From the NCBI GenBank assembly GCA_002269645.1, contig NIVC01000067.1, positions 496,001 to 560,000 of the forward strand: a stretch of DNA of 64,000 bases. The letters run 5' to 3'. This document shows, one piece after another, positions 13,818-29,248 of the stretch. Position 1 is the first letter of the stretch; each line of letters starts with the position of its first letter. The translations under genes and the position numbers were made by a program. The notes under the pieces were generated by a model. It was not told the DNA's origin, did not search any database, and saw only the letters and a list, made by a program, of their open reading frames with translations. Source of the DNA: Macrostomum lignano. Taxonomy: Eukaryota.

Positions 13818-13853
<36 letters not shown>
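13818..13853 (+). repeat. (CAG)n tract inside ORF 13706-14098 (possible polyQ exon, unassigned)
   Basis: About 12 CAG codons following AAGAAGAAG. No recognisable domain. Confidence 0.8.
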
Positions 13854-13856
<3 letters not shown>

Positions 13857-14745
13857 CTCGACAAAACAGCAGCAAATCGGCCTTGGGTGCACCCTGCTTC
13901 TCGGCAGCATCAGTTGTTGTGAGTACTGCTATCTTTCTTAGAAGGTTTGACAACAACTTGTTTCCTGAAGGACAAATCACACCGCTTTGGAATGACCAAA
14001 GTATCCGACATCAAAGTTTTGTGTGCAGTTGCTTCCGTGTTTGCTTTGGGATTAAAAGTGTCAGTAATTTCTGGACGTCCGTCGTAGCATTGTCATGAGA
14101 ACTCAGCGCTCCGTCAAGTGCTTGCTGGTCACTGAGGCGCGACCTGGGATGCAGCTTCTTAATTCTAGCCAGCTGTGGTCACGCTGTTGATGCGTTGTTG
14201 AGCTTACTTCCGCCTCAGATCTCGCGCAATTCACGTCCATGAGAGCCGATTAGAAAGTGGGGGCCTCTGCACACCCCGTGTGTGAGTGCATCTGTGTACC
14301 AATGGAACCTATTCTAATGTAAACTACGCTCGTGTAGTAGTCAAAAAAAATCTGGAAGAAAAAAGTATGGACATACCTTAGAAAGACACTCTAGATAAGT
14401 TATACTTTGTGTACATGTACCAACCCGCATGTGATAGCATGAAATACCGGAACAAAGCAGCAATCAAGGACTGTCGAGTGTCGTCTTCAATCTATGTAGA
14501 AGCAACGCGAGATAAAGACTGACATGATAGACAAGCAAAACTTGGGTAGAGAGAGACTGATAAGTGCGCATGCATTCCGATCCGACGCCAGTGCATTCCA
14601 TGGTCACCGATCGCCCACTACTGTGCGCCCCAGTGCACTGAGGAGCCAGTTTTTATTCGAATTGATAAGGATGGCCACCGGCATTCCCACTTGTGGAATT
14701 GAATGATATATACGAGCATGGATAATGCGTGCCACTTGTGTCTTG

Positions 14746-15050
<305 letters not shown>

Positions 15051-15170
15051 TCATCTTTGCAGTTGAACAAAAAGTCCCAGAAATTGCCTAGCTCAGTCGC
15101 AAATGTACCGTTCTCTTGCTGGGTGCAAGGCACTGATCAACCGAGGTCTCCACCCTCTCCGTCTTGCAGA

Positions 15171-18100
15171 ATGGAGGAGACGGATGCTTCTCAGGGCGAC
15201 AGCTCAAAAGTAAGTTCCCTCTCTCTCCCTTTACTGTTTGCGTCCCTCTAAAGCACGCACGAATCAGGGCAGGCCACCCCTCCCTATCCATTCTGTGTGG
15301 CAGGGGGCAGACATGAAGGGGGACACGTCCGGCCTGGAGTCGCCAGGCTCATTAGCGAATCCAACTGAAGAAACTGAAGAAATGTAGGTAGGGGGCAGAG
15401 CTGTAAAACGGAGAAAGGAAAAGCTCGAGATTCAAATTCAAATTGGGACCCCCCTAGTTTCTCGAGTACTCGAATCAAGTGGCTCGTAGAGGGGGACAAC
15501 AGTTGGCGACAGCTCAACGCGTCTCAGCTTCTCCTTCATCATGGAAGGCGGGCGGCAGAAGGCCAAGGGCGAGTCTGCGCCCACTGACCGCGGTAAGCGA
15601 AAGAAGCAAAAGGAATCGGAAACTTAACTTCATCTCTCACTACTCTCTAACCCAAAACATTAATCTCACACGAAGATCTTTCCAATACCTAGCCTTCGGC
15701 CTAGCCTTCACCACTTATTAAGGTCTCCCAATACCTACTTTCACCACTTATCAAGGTCTACCCAATACCTACTTTCACCACTTATCAAAGTCTACCCAAT
15801 ACCTACTTTCACCACTTATCAAAGTCTACCCAATACCTACTTTCACCACTTATCAAAGTCTACCTAATACCTACTTTCACCACTTATCAAAGTCTACCCA
15901 ATACCTACTTTCACCACTTATCAAAGTCTATCCAATACCTACTTTCACCACTTATCAAAGTCTACCTAATACCTACTTTCACCACTTATCAAAGTCTACC
16001 CAATACCTACTTTCACCACTTATCAAAGTCTACCCAATACCTACTTTCACCACTTATCAAAGTCTACCTAATACCTACTTTCACCACTTATCAAAGTCTA
16101 CCTAATACCTACCTTCACCCGGTACTAGCAGGAATCTGTAATCAAAGCAAAGTGATTGATTTTAGAAACATGACTCACTTTGTATCTGACCAAACTTATA
16201 TATGCACACTGAACCTAAATTCATAAATTGAACACAAAATTACATAAAAATCAATTTGCCGTCAAATCTACCGCAAACCTAAGTGTAGCCACCTTCCAAT
16301 TTTATCGAAGCCTACCCCCCTCCACTCGTAATAAATATGATTCCAACTTCGTTTCCCCAGAGCTAAAAGACGCTTTCGATTTCTTCGACATCGACAACGA
16401 CGGTCGGATCTCGTCCGTCGAGCTGCACAAGGTGTTGCGCTTCCTCGGCACAAAGGTCAACGAGGAGGAGGTCAAGACAATGATTGCAGATGTGGACACA
16501 AACGGTGAGTGCAGAACTCCACGATGATGTTAGTTTTTCACTGCAGCAAAATTCCAAGGTCTTCACATCGCTTCCATCATGCAGGAAACGGCACAGTCGA
16601 GTTCAACGAGTTCCTGCGCATGATGCGTTCCTACTATCACAGGCACTGCGACGGGCACTCCGAGGATGCCGAGATGTGGGAGGCGTTCAAGGTATCGGAG
16701 AATCTTGTGTTTACTGTGATTACAGAAATTTCCTAATATTAACGATTTATTAATATTCTATCGATAAGATTCTTGATCCAAACCTTCCAAGCTTTCCAAG
16801 GTACCAAATTATCAAGCTCTTGAATCTGCATCAACTCTGATGAGTTTCTTGCTCATATTCAGTACATGCATTACGGAGCTCAAGACCGATCAAGTGCAAT
16901 CTTGAATGTCCTTATTTTTCGTACCTATCTTCTCGGTGCAGTTTAACTGATAAAAAAAGCTCACGCCTTGCTACTGCAAGTAATACGTAAAACATTTTAT
17001 CTTGTTGATTTCGTATTTCCAATTCGACCAAAAACAGGCATTCGATCACAACGGTGACAACTACATAGACTTCACGGAGATTAAGAAGACGATGCAGTTC
17101 CTGGGCGAAGAGGTCACAGACGCGGACGTGAAGTCAATGATCAAAGAGGCGGATGTTGACAAGGACGGTCGGATCAACTTTGAGGGTGCGATTTTTCATT
17201 GGATTTTAGTTTTGTTTAAATGAATTAATTTAAATTAAATGAAATAAAGGGTTTTAGCCTAGTGGTAAGGGGGTTGTAGCCTAGTGGGAATGGGGGTTGT
17301 AGCCTAGTGGGAATGGGGGTTGTAGCCTAGTGGGAATGGGGGTTGTAGCCTAGTGGGAATGGGGGTTGTAGCCTAGTGGGAATGGGGGTTGTAGCCTAGT
17401 GGGAATGGGGGTTGTAGCCTAGTGGGAATGGGGGTTGTAGCCTAGTGGGAATGGGGGTTGTAGCCTAGTGGGAATGGGGGTTGTAGCCTAGTGGAGGCCG
17501 GTTTTAGCCTAGTGGGGGATTGTAGCCTAGTGGGAAGGGGGTTGTAGCCTTGTGCCGGGGGTTGTAGCTTAGTGCGGGGGTTGTAGCCTTGTGGGAGGTT
17601 GTAGCCTAGTGGGGGGGGGGTGTAGCCTAGTGCGGAAGGGGGATTGTAGCCTAGTGCGGGGGTTGTAGCCTAGTGGTTAGAGCGTCGGACTTACGACTTG
17701 GAGGTCGGGGTTCGATTCTCGACATAACTTCGGACAATTTTTGTCCTTGAGCAAGACACTTAACTCTGCATTGCTGCAGTTCACCCAGCTGCAAAATGGG
17801 TGCCAGCATTAGCTGGGGTAATTGAGGGTGTGTGGCGATCCCCCAGTGTCCTTGGACTGAACAGCCGTACGCAGTCTTCAGATGCACCGCGCAATAGCTG
17901 CGGCTGAGCTGTCGGTTGCACATCTGCTTATTAGGGCAGGTGTAATAAATGATTATTATTATATTATAAATGAAGCAGTAAATGTGCGGCATTTTTGTTT
18001 TTTCTTCTCAACTTCTGAAAACTGTATGCTCTATCGATGTTTGTCAGGAATTTAATAAGGGCAGGCATTATGCTTACATGTACACGAAGTTTTGCTTTGG

Positions 18101-18190
18101 TATAAATATTTCTTCAACTCCATTTCTCCATTTAACCCAGAGTTCAAGAAGATGCTGAGCCTGCTTCATCAGAGGGCAGCGCAGACATAG
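15171..18190 (+). CDS. Calmodulin-like EF-hand protein (4 EF hands, N-terminal extension)
   Basis: Exons 15171-15209, 15490-15592, 16361-16504, 16585-16691, 17038-17185, 18141-18190, all GT-AG and phase-compatible. Loops DIDNDGRISSVE, DTNGNGTVEFNE, DHNGDNYIDFTE, DVDKDGRINFEE; ends EFKKMLSLLHQRAAQT*. First two exons less certain. Confidence 0.9.
15702..16118. repeat. 34-bp intronic minisatellite (CCAATACCTACTTTCACCACTTATCAAAGTCTAC)
   Basis: Direct periodicity; lies in intron 2 of the calmodulin-like model. Confidence 0.96.
17248..17668. repeat. 23-bp minisatellite (GGGGGTTGTAGCCTAGTGGGAAT) derived from a SINE A-box
   Basis: Unit contains TAGCCTAGTGG and runs directly into the SINE head at 17669. 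Confidence 0.93.
17669..17975 (+). mobile_element. tRNA-derived CORE-type SINE
   Basis: TAGCCTAGTGGTTAGAGC (A box), GGTTCGATTCTC (B box), CCTTGAGCAAGACACTTAACTC...CAGCTGCAAAATGGG resembling the CORE/MIR domain (CCTTGGGCAAGTYACTTAAC...TGTAAAATGGG), TTA-repeat tail. Confidence 0.8.
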
Positions 18191-20811
18191 GAACTCGAGA
18201 TTAAACGGACGGATGGCTTGAAAATCGAAACCAATAAGTTTTTTGAAATGTTCACGCACAATTGTACACATTTTCTCTTATTTTGTTTTTATGCTGTTTC
18301 TTTAACTTCTGTTTATGAAATAAAAATCTCGAAGCATAAGTTTAATTTTTGTTATTTTAAGCACGAATCCCGACGTGCGCTCAAGGACTACTTGCGAGTA
18401 AGTAGCATATCGCAATTATTTGATTAAAGTATCCAATATCCCTACTCAGCGTCATGTAGTTTAGATGTTTGTTATACTTTTGTTAATCGGCTGCATGTTG
18501 CACTTCTTCGTTTCGTTATCGTTTAAAAATAATCTAAAAGTCCGGCCCGCAAGGCGCGTGTATTTGCCTGCTTTGCAATGCAACTTTTGATCAAATCTGA
18601 GAAAGTTATATCGAGCTTACAATTCTGCTTAAAAACCTTCGAGCAATTAAAAAATTCACAAAAATGCCAGTACACCTGCTGTTCAAATAAAAACTAACGT
18701 AGCTTACTATTTTAAACAAACTGAATTAATTTAACTACATTTTATTAACGCTCGAAAAAACCTGGTGTCATGTTATTGTCGTTTTATCATGCACAGTTTT
18801 TCAAAGCCAATAGAATATATACTATATGGAAATATGATCAGCTGTCCCCAAACGCTAACGGGCCTGACCGGGTAAAAAGTTTATGCTGTATACATTTACA
18901 ATAGAATAAAACGGGGGTCAAGGTAATGACTATTTCCGATTTAGAGTGTTCAGACCCACTAATTAAGCCTATATAGATATACAGTAAGGCCTTCGTGACT
19001 TGATGTAGCTGCGGAAGAGCAAAACGAACCAAAGGGACTCCTGCTATCATCAATTAAGCAAATCGCAGACAAGATACAGTTCCACTAGAATTTCCTGCCA
19101 AATCAATCGCATGAAAATAAATCATATTGCCATTGATATATTGCCAAATCAGTTATGGTGATGGCATTTGGTATCCGATGCATCTTACAATTCAGTGCTG
19201 GTAAAGAGAACGAATTCGTAATACATGTAACTATATTTATAGTTTCTATACTATATATACCTACTAGATACCGACAGACCATTTTTAGTATTTCTTTACT
19301 AGTTTACCGTACTAGCTACTTGCAATTCGCTCCAATTGTGAGCTGCAATTATTTAATAAACTATAAAACAACTCGTAAATCGTAAATCGTATTGTGACGA
19401 TTTGAAGGCAGACTCAGTCCCAGGATCAAATTATCGAATGCGAATAACAACGGAGGCAATTTGTGTAGCGGTAGCACTCAGATTTAACACAGTCAATGGT
19501 TATGGCCGATGGCGACAATTTATTATGGTCATATAGACCCGTTCACTATAGATTTCTGTCGGCAATATAAGAGTGGGACTGGGCCTGGTTGGTGCTGAAT
19601 CCGTGCTACGGTACTCTGGGCACTGCGGCAGGCAACAAAAATGGCGATGGATAGCTAATGGGCTACGGCGATGAAGTGGCGACGGTGAAGGCGTGGCGTG
19701 ATTCCCACTCGGGATAGTGGCGTGGCTTAAGTTTGGCTGAGTGGACTTGCCCGAGTAAACTTGGCAGTGGAGGAGAGGGAGAGCGAGACAAAGAGAGAGA
19801 GACAGACCGGAAAACAAGGCTAACCCCGGGCGCCCCAGCCAGACAGGACTGATAAAGAGCGGGCTGGGGGTGGGTGCACGAGAAAGCTTAATTTCAGGCT
19901 AGCATAATATATGCGCGGCTTTCCTATTGGCCGGCGCGAAAACCAAATTGAAAAAACCCAGAAATTATCGATTGCATTGTACATAGGCTTTACGAACGTC
20001 ACGCAATGTTGTCAAAATTCCTTGGGCATTACTATAAGCAGACGTTAGAGTACGAGACCATCAAATTAACAATATTATAGAATGGCACTGCTTTTGCTGA
20101 AACGGCCCTTGTCGGGGCCACCTCAACTGACAACGTCACAGTATTGATTATTTTTACTTTTAGCTGGAGTGGTATACGATAAATGAAGCATCTCGACAAT
20201 AAAAATATGACTTGGTCGAGTGAAAAGAAGCAGTATCCACGACGACACTTGACAAACCAGGCTATAAGAAAGTTCTTGAAATCTCGTAAGCCAATTCCCT
20301 CTTCAAAGCAGACGGCTTGTCTTCGGCTTGATTAAAGAATGAACTTGACAACCTCTCATCGCGAGAGAGTGACTGTTCAGGCATGAGGGTGAAATCCCTA
20401 ATGAGCGAAGCAGGCCGACTGACAAGTCTTGTCGTCCAGAATGTACATGTAATTAACGCACGAATTGAAGCCCAAGTTTTGTTCGGGGCTTTTCTATTAA
20501 CGAATTTTCAGCTCAGAATGTCACCTCGATTTCCTGTGACACCGGTGCTTAAATCCCTGCTACACCTAATGAGCTGAAGGGGCAGTGCCGGAACGAGAGT
20601 GAGATGGGCCAAGAAAGTGTTAAACATCGACAGCGGATTCGCAGCAAAGGGAAATGATTTTGAATGAGATCAGATAGGAAATTCAATGCGTCATCAAGTA
20701 TCCTGATAGGCTACTCAATTATTCAAATACTCAAATAATCTCTTTCGTCGGCTGAAGCATCTTTGAGAGTATACGTGTAGTAGATAAAATATGAAAGGAT
20801 TTATACGAGCT

Positions 20812-21721
20812 TTATTCCAATTGACTTTGCATTAGATGGATAATATAAATTATTCCAATTGATTTTGCATTAGGTGGATAATATAAATTATTCCAATTGA
20901 TTTTGCATTAGGTGGATAATATAAATTATTCCAATTGATTTTGCATTAGTTGGATAATATAAATTATTCCAATTGATTTTGCATTAGGTGGATAATATAA
21001 ATTATTCCAATTGATTTTGCATTAGATGGATGATATAAATTATTCCAATTGATTTTGCATTAGATGGATGATATAAATTATTCCAATTGATTTTGCATTA
21101 GATGGATGATATAAATTATTCCAATTGATTTTGCATTAGGTGGATAATATAAATTAGTCCAATTGATTTTGCATTAGATGGATAATATAAATTATTCCAA
21201 TTGATTTTGCATTAGATGGATAATATAAATTATTCCAATTGATTTTGCATTAGATGGATAATATAAATTATTCCAATTGATTTTGCATTAGATGGATAAT
21301 ATAAATTATTCCAATTGATTTTGCATTAAATGGATAATATAAATTATTCCAATTGATTTTGCATTAGATGGATAATATAAATTATTCCAATTGATTTTGC
21401 ATTAGATGGATAATATAAATTATTCCAATTGATTTTGCATTAGATGGATAATATAAATTATTCCAATTGATTTTGCATTAGATGGATAATATAAATTATT
21501 CCAATTGATTTTGCATTAGATGGATAATATAAATTATTCCAATTGATTTTGCATTAGGTGGATAATATAAATTATTCCAATTGATTTTGCATTAGGTGGA
21601 TAATATAAATTATTCCAATTGATTTTGCATTAGGTGGATAATATAAATTATTCCAATTGATTTTGCATTAGGTGGATAATATAAATTATTCCAATTGATT
21701 TTGCACTAGATGGATAATATA
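20812..21721. repeat. 38-bp AT-rich minisatellite (AATTGATTTTGCATTAGATGGATAATATAAATTATTCC)
   Basis: Direct periodicity, ~24 copies. Confidence 0.97.
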
Positions 21722-22142
21722 CAAAATTGCAGAACCGAACGCCATGCGAAAGCAAGAGGAATTAAGAAGTGTCGCGCCAGTTTTGATTTCACGGGTGTCA
21801 AAAGGAGGAGATTCTACTACACATTTCAGGAGTTTTGTTGCAGGTATAATCTAGCTAGTGCTGATAGATTGATAGATTTTCAATCAAATCTGTCGCTATT
21901 GTTTATGTTTTAGTGCTTCTGTATTCGGATTGCTGTTGTTGAGTCTCTCGGGACGGCAAGCAAGTCTTCATGCTCAAAGCCAGATTTCAAGGGCAGCTTT
22001 TTCGCAGTACGGAAATCTTTAGGAAAGGCATTTGAGAAAGGTTGAGGCACTTACATTGTCCACTTACGCACGAGAGCTCGTTTCCAACAAAAACAACCTT
22101 TATAGATCAGATAAAAACTAGAATGCTCCTTGATTAGCCAAG

Positions 22143-22351
22143 GCATGCAAGGTGGGTTCAGCATGCCTGTGTAGCATGAGACAGACCAGGCCTACGAGCT
22201 AAGGTCTGCGATCCTACACACCTGCATCCCCTCTATTCTGGTGCAGGAATGGCAGGAGAACTGACTCCCAAGCTGACTCGCAAGCCGACCCAGGGGTTCA
22301 CGCCCCGCATGTGTTCAAGGCAGCCCTAGGGCTGCTGGACTGACTAGGCTC
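22143..22351 (+). ncRNA. Candidate HDV/CPEB3-like self-cleaving ribozyme at LINE 5' end
   Basis: P1 GCATGC 22143-8 / GCATGT 22307-12 (G1.U wobble); P3 GGG/CCC around L3 TTCACGC; GT; P4 GCAGCC-CTAG-GGCTGC; J4/2 CTGA (C22340); P2 GACCCAG 22287-93 / CTAGGCTC 22344-51 (imperfect). Confidence 0.7.
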
Positions 22352-22726
22352 CGGCGGCGGCAACCCATCCGTGGCCTTTTGGCCAAGTTGGGTACGGGCT
22401 CCGCCCGGAAGTGAACCTGTGCGTATCAGGTACCTCTGGCCACGGCTCTGAGGATGTGGCAGGGTATGCGGCCAGTCCGCAGGCTCCGGAGGCAGTCCTC
22501 CTGCTTCCCTCAAGGGCCCAGTGTAGTACCGTGCTGATGGTCCTTTGGTTCGGCCTCTGGTTTTTCCAAGCCGGGCTCTTAGCCGGGGAGTTTCTCGGTT
22601 GCTAGCGGTCGGGCCGGTACGGGCTTAAGCCACCCCCCGGTCGCTACCTCTTGGTCTGGCTGTTGGGTTTGGGGTTACGGCCCAGCGGCTTCTCACCTCT
22701 AGTCCCCACTCGCCTTTCAGCGACTC

Positions 22727-24196
22727 ATGGAGTATTCATTTACACCTAACACGTCCGAGGCTGCTGGAGCACCAACCGAGGTTGGCACCGCGGCTCAGCC
22801 GGACATTCGCAACACCGGAACCTCCGGTGCCTCTCAATCTGCCGCTGCCGCCGCTCAGGATAATACCGGAGTGGCTGGACAAGACAGCGGACCTCAGATT
22901 TCGAAAAAGAAGGCCCGTAGCATTGCTCGCTACAAAGCCTTTCTCCAGCGCAAAGCAGAGGAACGGAGGAATGCGAAAGCCGCCCCTCCGGCCACCTCTG
23001 AGGAGGGTGCCGGTAACTCTGCGAACCCCGCGGAGGAGCCGACATCCGACAAGGGGGTGGACCCCGCGCGCCGGTCTGATGCGTCAGATGCCGCCGAAGC
23101 TCCTGGTGCGGCTGGCCCCTCCCGTGATCGGACCTCTGCCCGTGTGGAAGCTCCCACGGCTGTGGAGGGATCCAAAGCGGGGGGCGCTGGCCAAACCACA
23201 AAGCCGAAGCGAACCTACGCGGCTATGGCCAAGAGGCAGCCGGCCCTGGTTATCCAAGGCCAGGAGACGCCTCTTACGGCCGAACAGCTCGACCTTATCT
23301 GGCTCAGGTTGGACTCCCACCTGGTCAAGATGGCCTTGAGCGGCACTATCATTCGAGTCCAAAAAACGAAAGTCGAGGACAAAGCCCTCTATATCCAGCC
23401 CGCCGATAGCCAGTCAGGACAGCAGCTCCTCGAGCTGCTGAAAACCTTCGACTGGGGTACGGAGCTGGAGAACCTGTTCATCTACAGGGAGGACGAGCGA
23501 TCCCGGACACACCGGCACCGTGCCTGGATTCCGGCTCGCAGCTGCATCACCAAGGCCGACGAGCTGCGTCACCTGCTAGTGGCTTCCAACCCGGAGCTAC
23601 CGGCCAATGGTGTCGTAGTTCACGAGACCATCTCCAAGCCGGGCGGAGACGGTTTCACGGCTATTCTTGGACTGTCGGATAGCTGGATGCTCCGCTATCC
23701 GGACATTTCCATCATCTCTGTCGGGCTGTTGCAGATTCAGCTCTTTCGCTTTGAGTCTGACGCCACCCGCCCACCGCCCCCGGAGAAGCGTAAGCGGGTG
23801 ATCGGGGGCTCTGCCGGGCGGAAACGCCCAGGAAAAGAAGCTCCCGGTCGTCACGACCCCTCCGAGGACGTGGACCCTGTCAGAGGGAAAGCCGCGAAAG
23901 CTGCAGCAACAGGCGGACGTGGAAAGGGCCGGAAACCCGCCCGGAACACTATCCGCTCTGGTCTGACTCAGCGCGCGAAGCAGCTGCTGGACACCGCCAA
24001 GGCCCCAACCGCAGCCACCCCAGCCCAGTGTCACCACTGCGCCCCCCCCCCGGAAAACCGGGCCGAGAGCGAGAATGCCACCCAGGTAGCGACATCGCCC
24101 TCGACCATGGAATCCATCCGGGAGGAGCCCATGGAGCTGGAGCCTGGAGCTATCGGCGAGGCAGAAGAGGCAGCTCTCCTGCACAACTCGCCTTGA
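22727..24196 (+). CDS. LINE ORF1 (489 aa)
   Basis: Intact ORF: low-complexity N-terminus, TYAAMAK, central folded region with HRAWIP (reminiscent of LOA-type ORF1), basic C-terminus. No canonical CCHC knuckle seen. Confidence 0.85.
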   Translation: MEYSFTPNTSEAAGAPTEVGTAAQPDIRNTGTSGASQSAAAAAQDNTGVAGQDSGPQISKKKARSIARYKAFLQRKAEERRNAKAAPPATSEEGAGNSANPAEEPTSDKGVDPARRSDASDAAEAPGAAGPSRDRTSARVEAPTAVEGSKAGGAGQTTKPKRTYAAMAKRQPALVIQGQETPLTAEQLDLIWLRLDSHLVKMALSGTIIRVQKTKVEDKALYIQPADSQSGQQLLELLKTFDWGTELENLFIYREDERSRTHRHRAWIPARSCITKADELRHLLVASNPELPANGVVVHETISKPGGDGFTAILGLSDSWMLRYPDISIISVGLLQIQLFRFESDATRPPPPEKRKRVIGGSAGRKRPGKEAPGRHDPSEDVDPVRGKAAKAAATGGRGKGRKPARNTIRSGLTQRAKQLLDTAKAPTAATPAQCHHCAPPPENRAESENATQVATSPSTMESIREEPMELEPGAIGEAEEAALLHNSP

Positions 24197-24199
24197 GCC

Positions 24200-27942
<3,743 letters not shown>

Positions 27943-28703
27943 CTGCCCGTGGTCGCCAGGGGCTAGCGAAATGGGCGGCAACGCCTCCTCGCTGTTTCCG
28001 GACGCACGGAGCCCCCTGCAGCTAAGTCAAGTCAAGTTGATTAGCCAAGTGTTTCTTCCCACGCATTTATCAATGAGTTTCTTATCAATACTCGATAGCT
28101 TATGCTTAAAATTTTTAAGGCTTTAGTAGCCATGCACCTATTAATTCAATCGAGCCACATCATATCAACTATAATTAAGCTGTCAAGAGCAACGGTCTAT
28201 TCATGTTGTCTGTAATGATGAAGCACGGAGTTACTGCATGGCTGCTGCTATAGCTATTGTGGTTGTTAGCTGCAGGGTCTTTTGTTATTTTGATGTTGTT
28301 TCTTTCTTGGCAGAAAGAATCCTTCGAGATCGAAGGACATCCTCCCAGCGTACACATGGGGATGACTTGATCCCAGGATGGAATTGTAGGCGATCGTATC
28401 TATAAGCCCGAGAATTTTTTTGGCCGCGTCTAGGACCACTGACAATACTCGAGCGTAAGTCTTTCGAATGGGACAGTTAAGGCTGATTGAAACTGTCATC
28501 GAATAAAGCCATCAAACCACATTGACTGATGTACAAAAGAATGCAAGTGGATGTAAAAGTCGTGTGATGACACGAAATTTGGCATTATTGGATGGCAGTG
28601 TGAACGTTGAACGGGGAAGGGGCGTCAGAGTCCATAGCTAATTGTTCCTATCGGTACCACGAATATAAGCACCCGAGAATATAGGGCAAACCTATGTGAA
28701 CTA

Positions 28704-28892
28704 GCTACTAACGGTGCGGCCGAACGCCTAGTCCAGACCTTTAAGAAGGCCATACAGAATTCGAGCCTGCCACCTCTACGAGCACTGCAAGAATTTCTGA
28801 TGCAATATCGGCGGACCCCGACTGGCAACGGCTACTATCCGAGTGAACTCCTAAACGGCCGGCAGATCAAGACGCAGATCGACACGCTTCTG
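28704..28892 (+). mobile_element. Ty3/Gypsy integrase core fragment
   Basis: Translates ATNGAAERLVQTFKKAIQ...LQEFLMQYRRTPTGNGYYPSELLNGRQIKTQIDTLL, matching the NGxAERxVxTxK...FLxxYRxTP...PxELLxGR integrase motif. Confidence 0.82.
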
Positions 28893-29248
28893 TTTCTGCT
28901 TCTCCGCCGAAATTATAATACTCGGGAAAAAATTTTTTTCAATTTCCAAATTGCATAATCAAATTTTTGCAATTATGCTATTTTGGGATTGATTTTTTAC
29001 TGTCGATTTATGGTCGAAAACAATTTCACATGCTATGTTTACAGCAGAAACGATTAAAAACTGAAAACCGTGCATAAAAGATTCTAAAATGGCAAAGCAG
29101 AGTTGGTTAAAACAGTTGGGGCGATATTGCTGATCTCTTTCATATTTCACTGCATTGCCACTTTCTATAAGCATAGGTTTGAAGCTCATATACACCACTT
29201 GCCATCAAGAGAACCATCTAACCACCCGACTGATGGACAAATCACCGA

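Noticed and set aside
17669-17735. tRNA gene (also at 2430-2488, 29250-29315, 48140-48195)
   Set aside because: Only A/B boxes are retained, the cloverleaf stems do not close, and where the downstream sequence is recognisable it is SINE body.
27955-28036. GCCTCCTCGCT (identical to HDV genomic P3/L3) in the LINE 3' UTR as a second ribozyme
   Set aside because: P3' reads GTT (cannot pair with GCC) and no P1/P2 partners are found. The region folds more simply as 3' stem-loops (CAGGGGCT/AGCCCCCTG).
28055-28080. LIDKCVG as LSm5
   Set aside because: Similarity is limited to 7 residues; the Sm1/Sm2 motifs do not follow.
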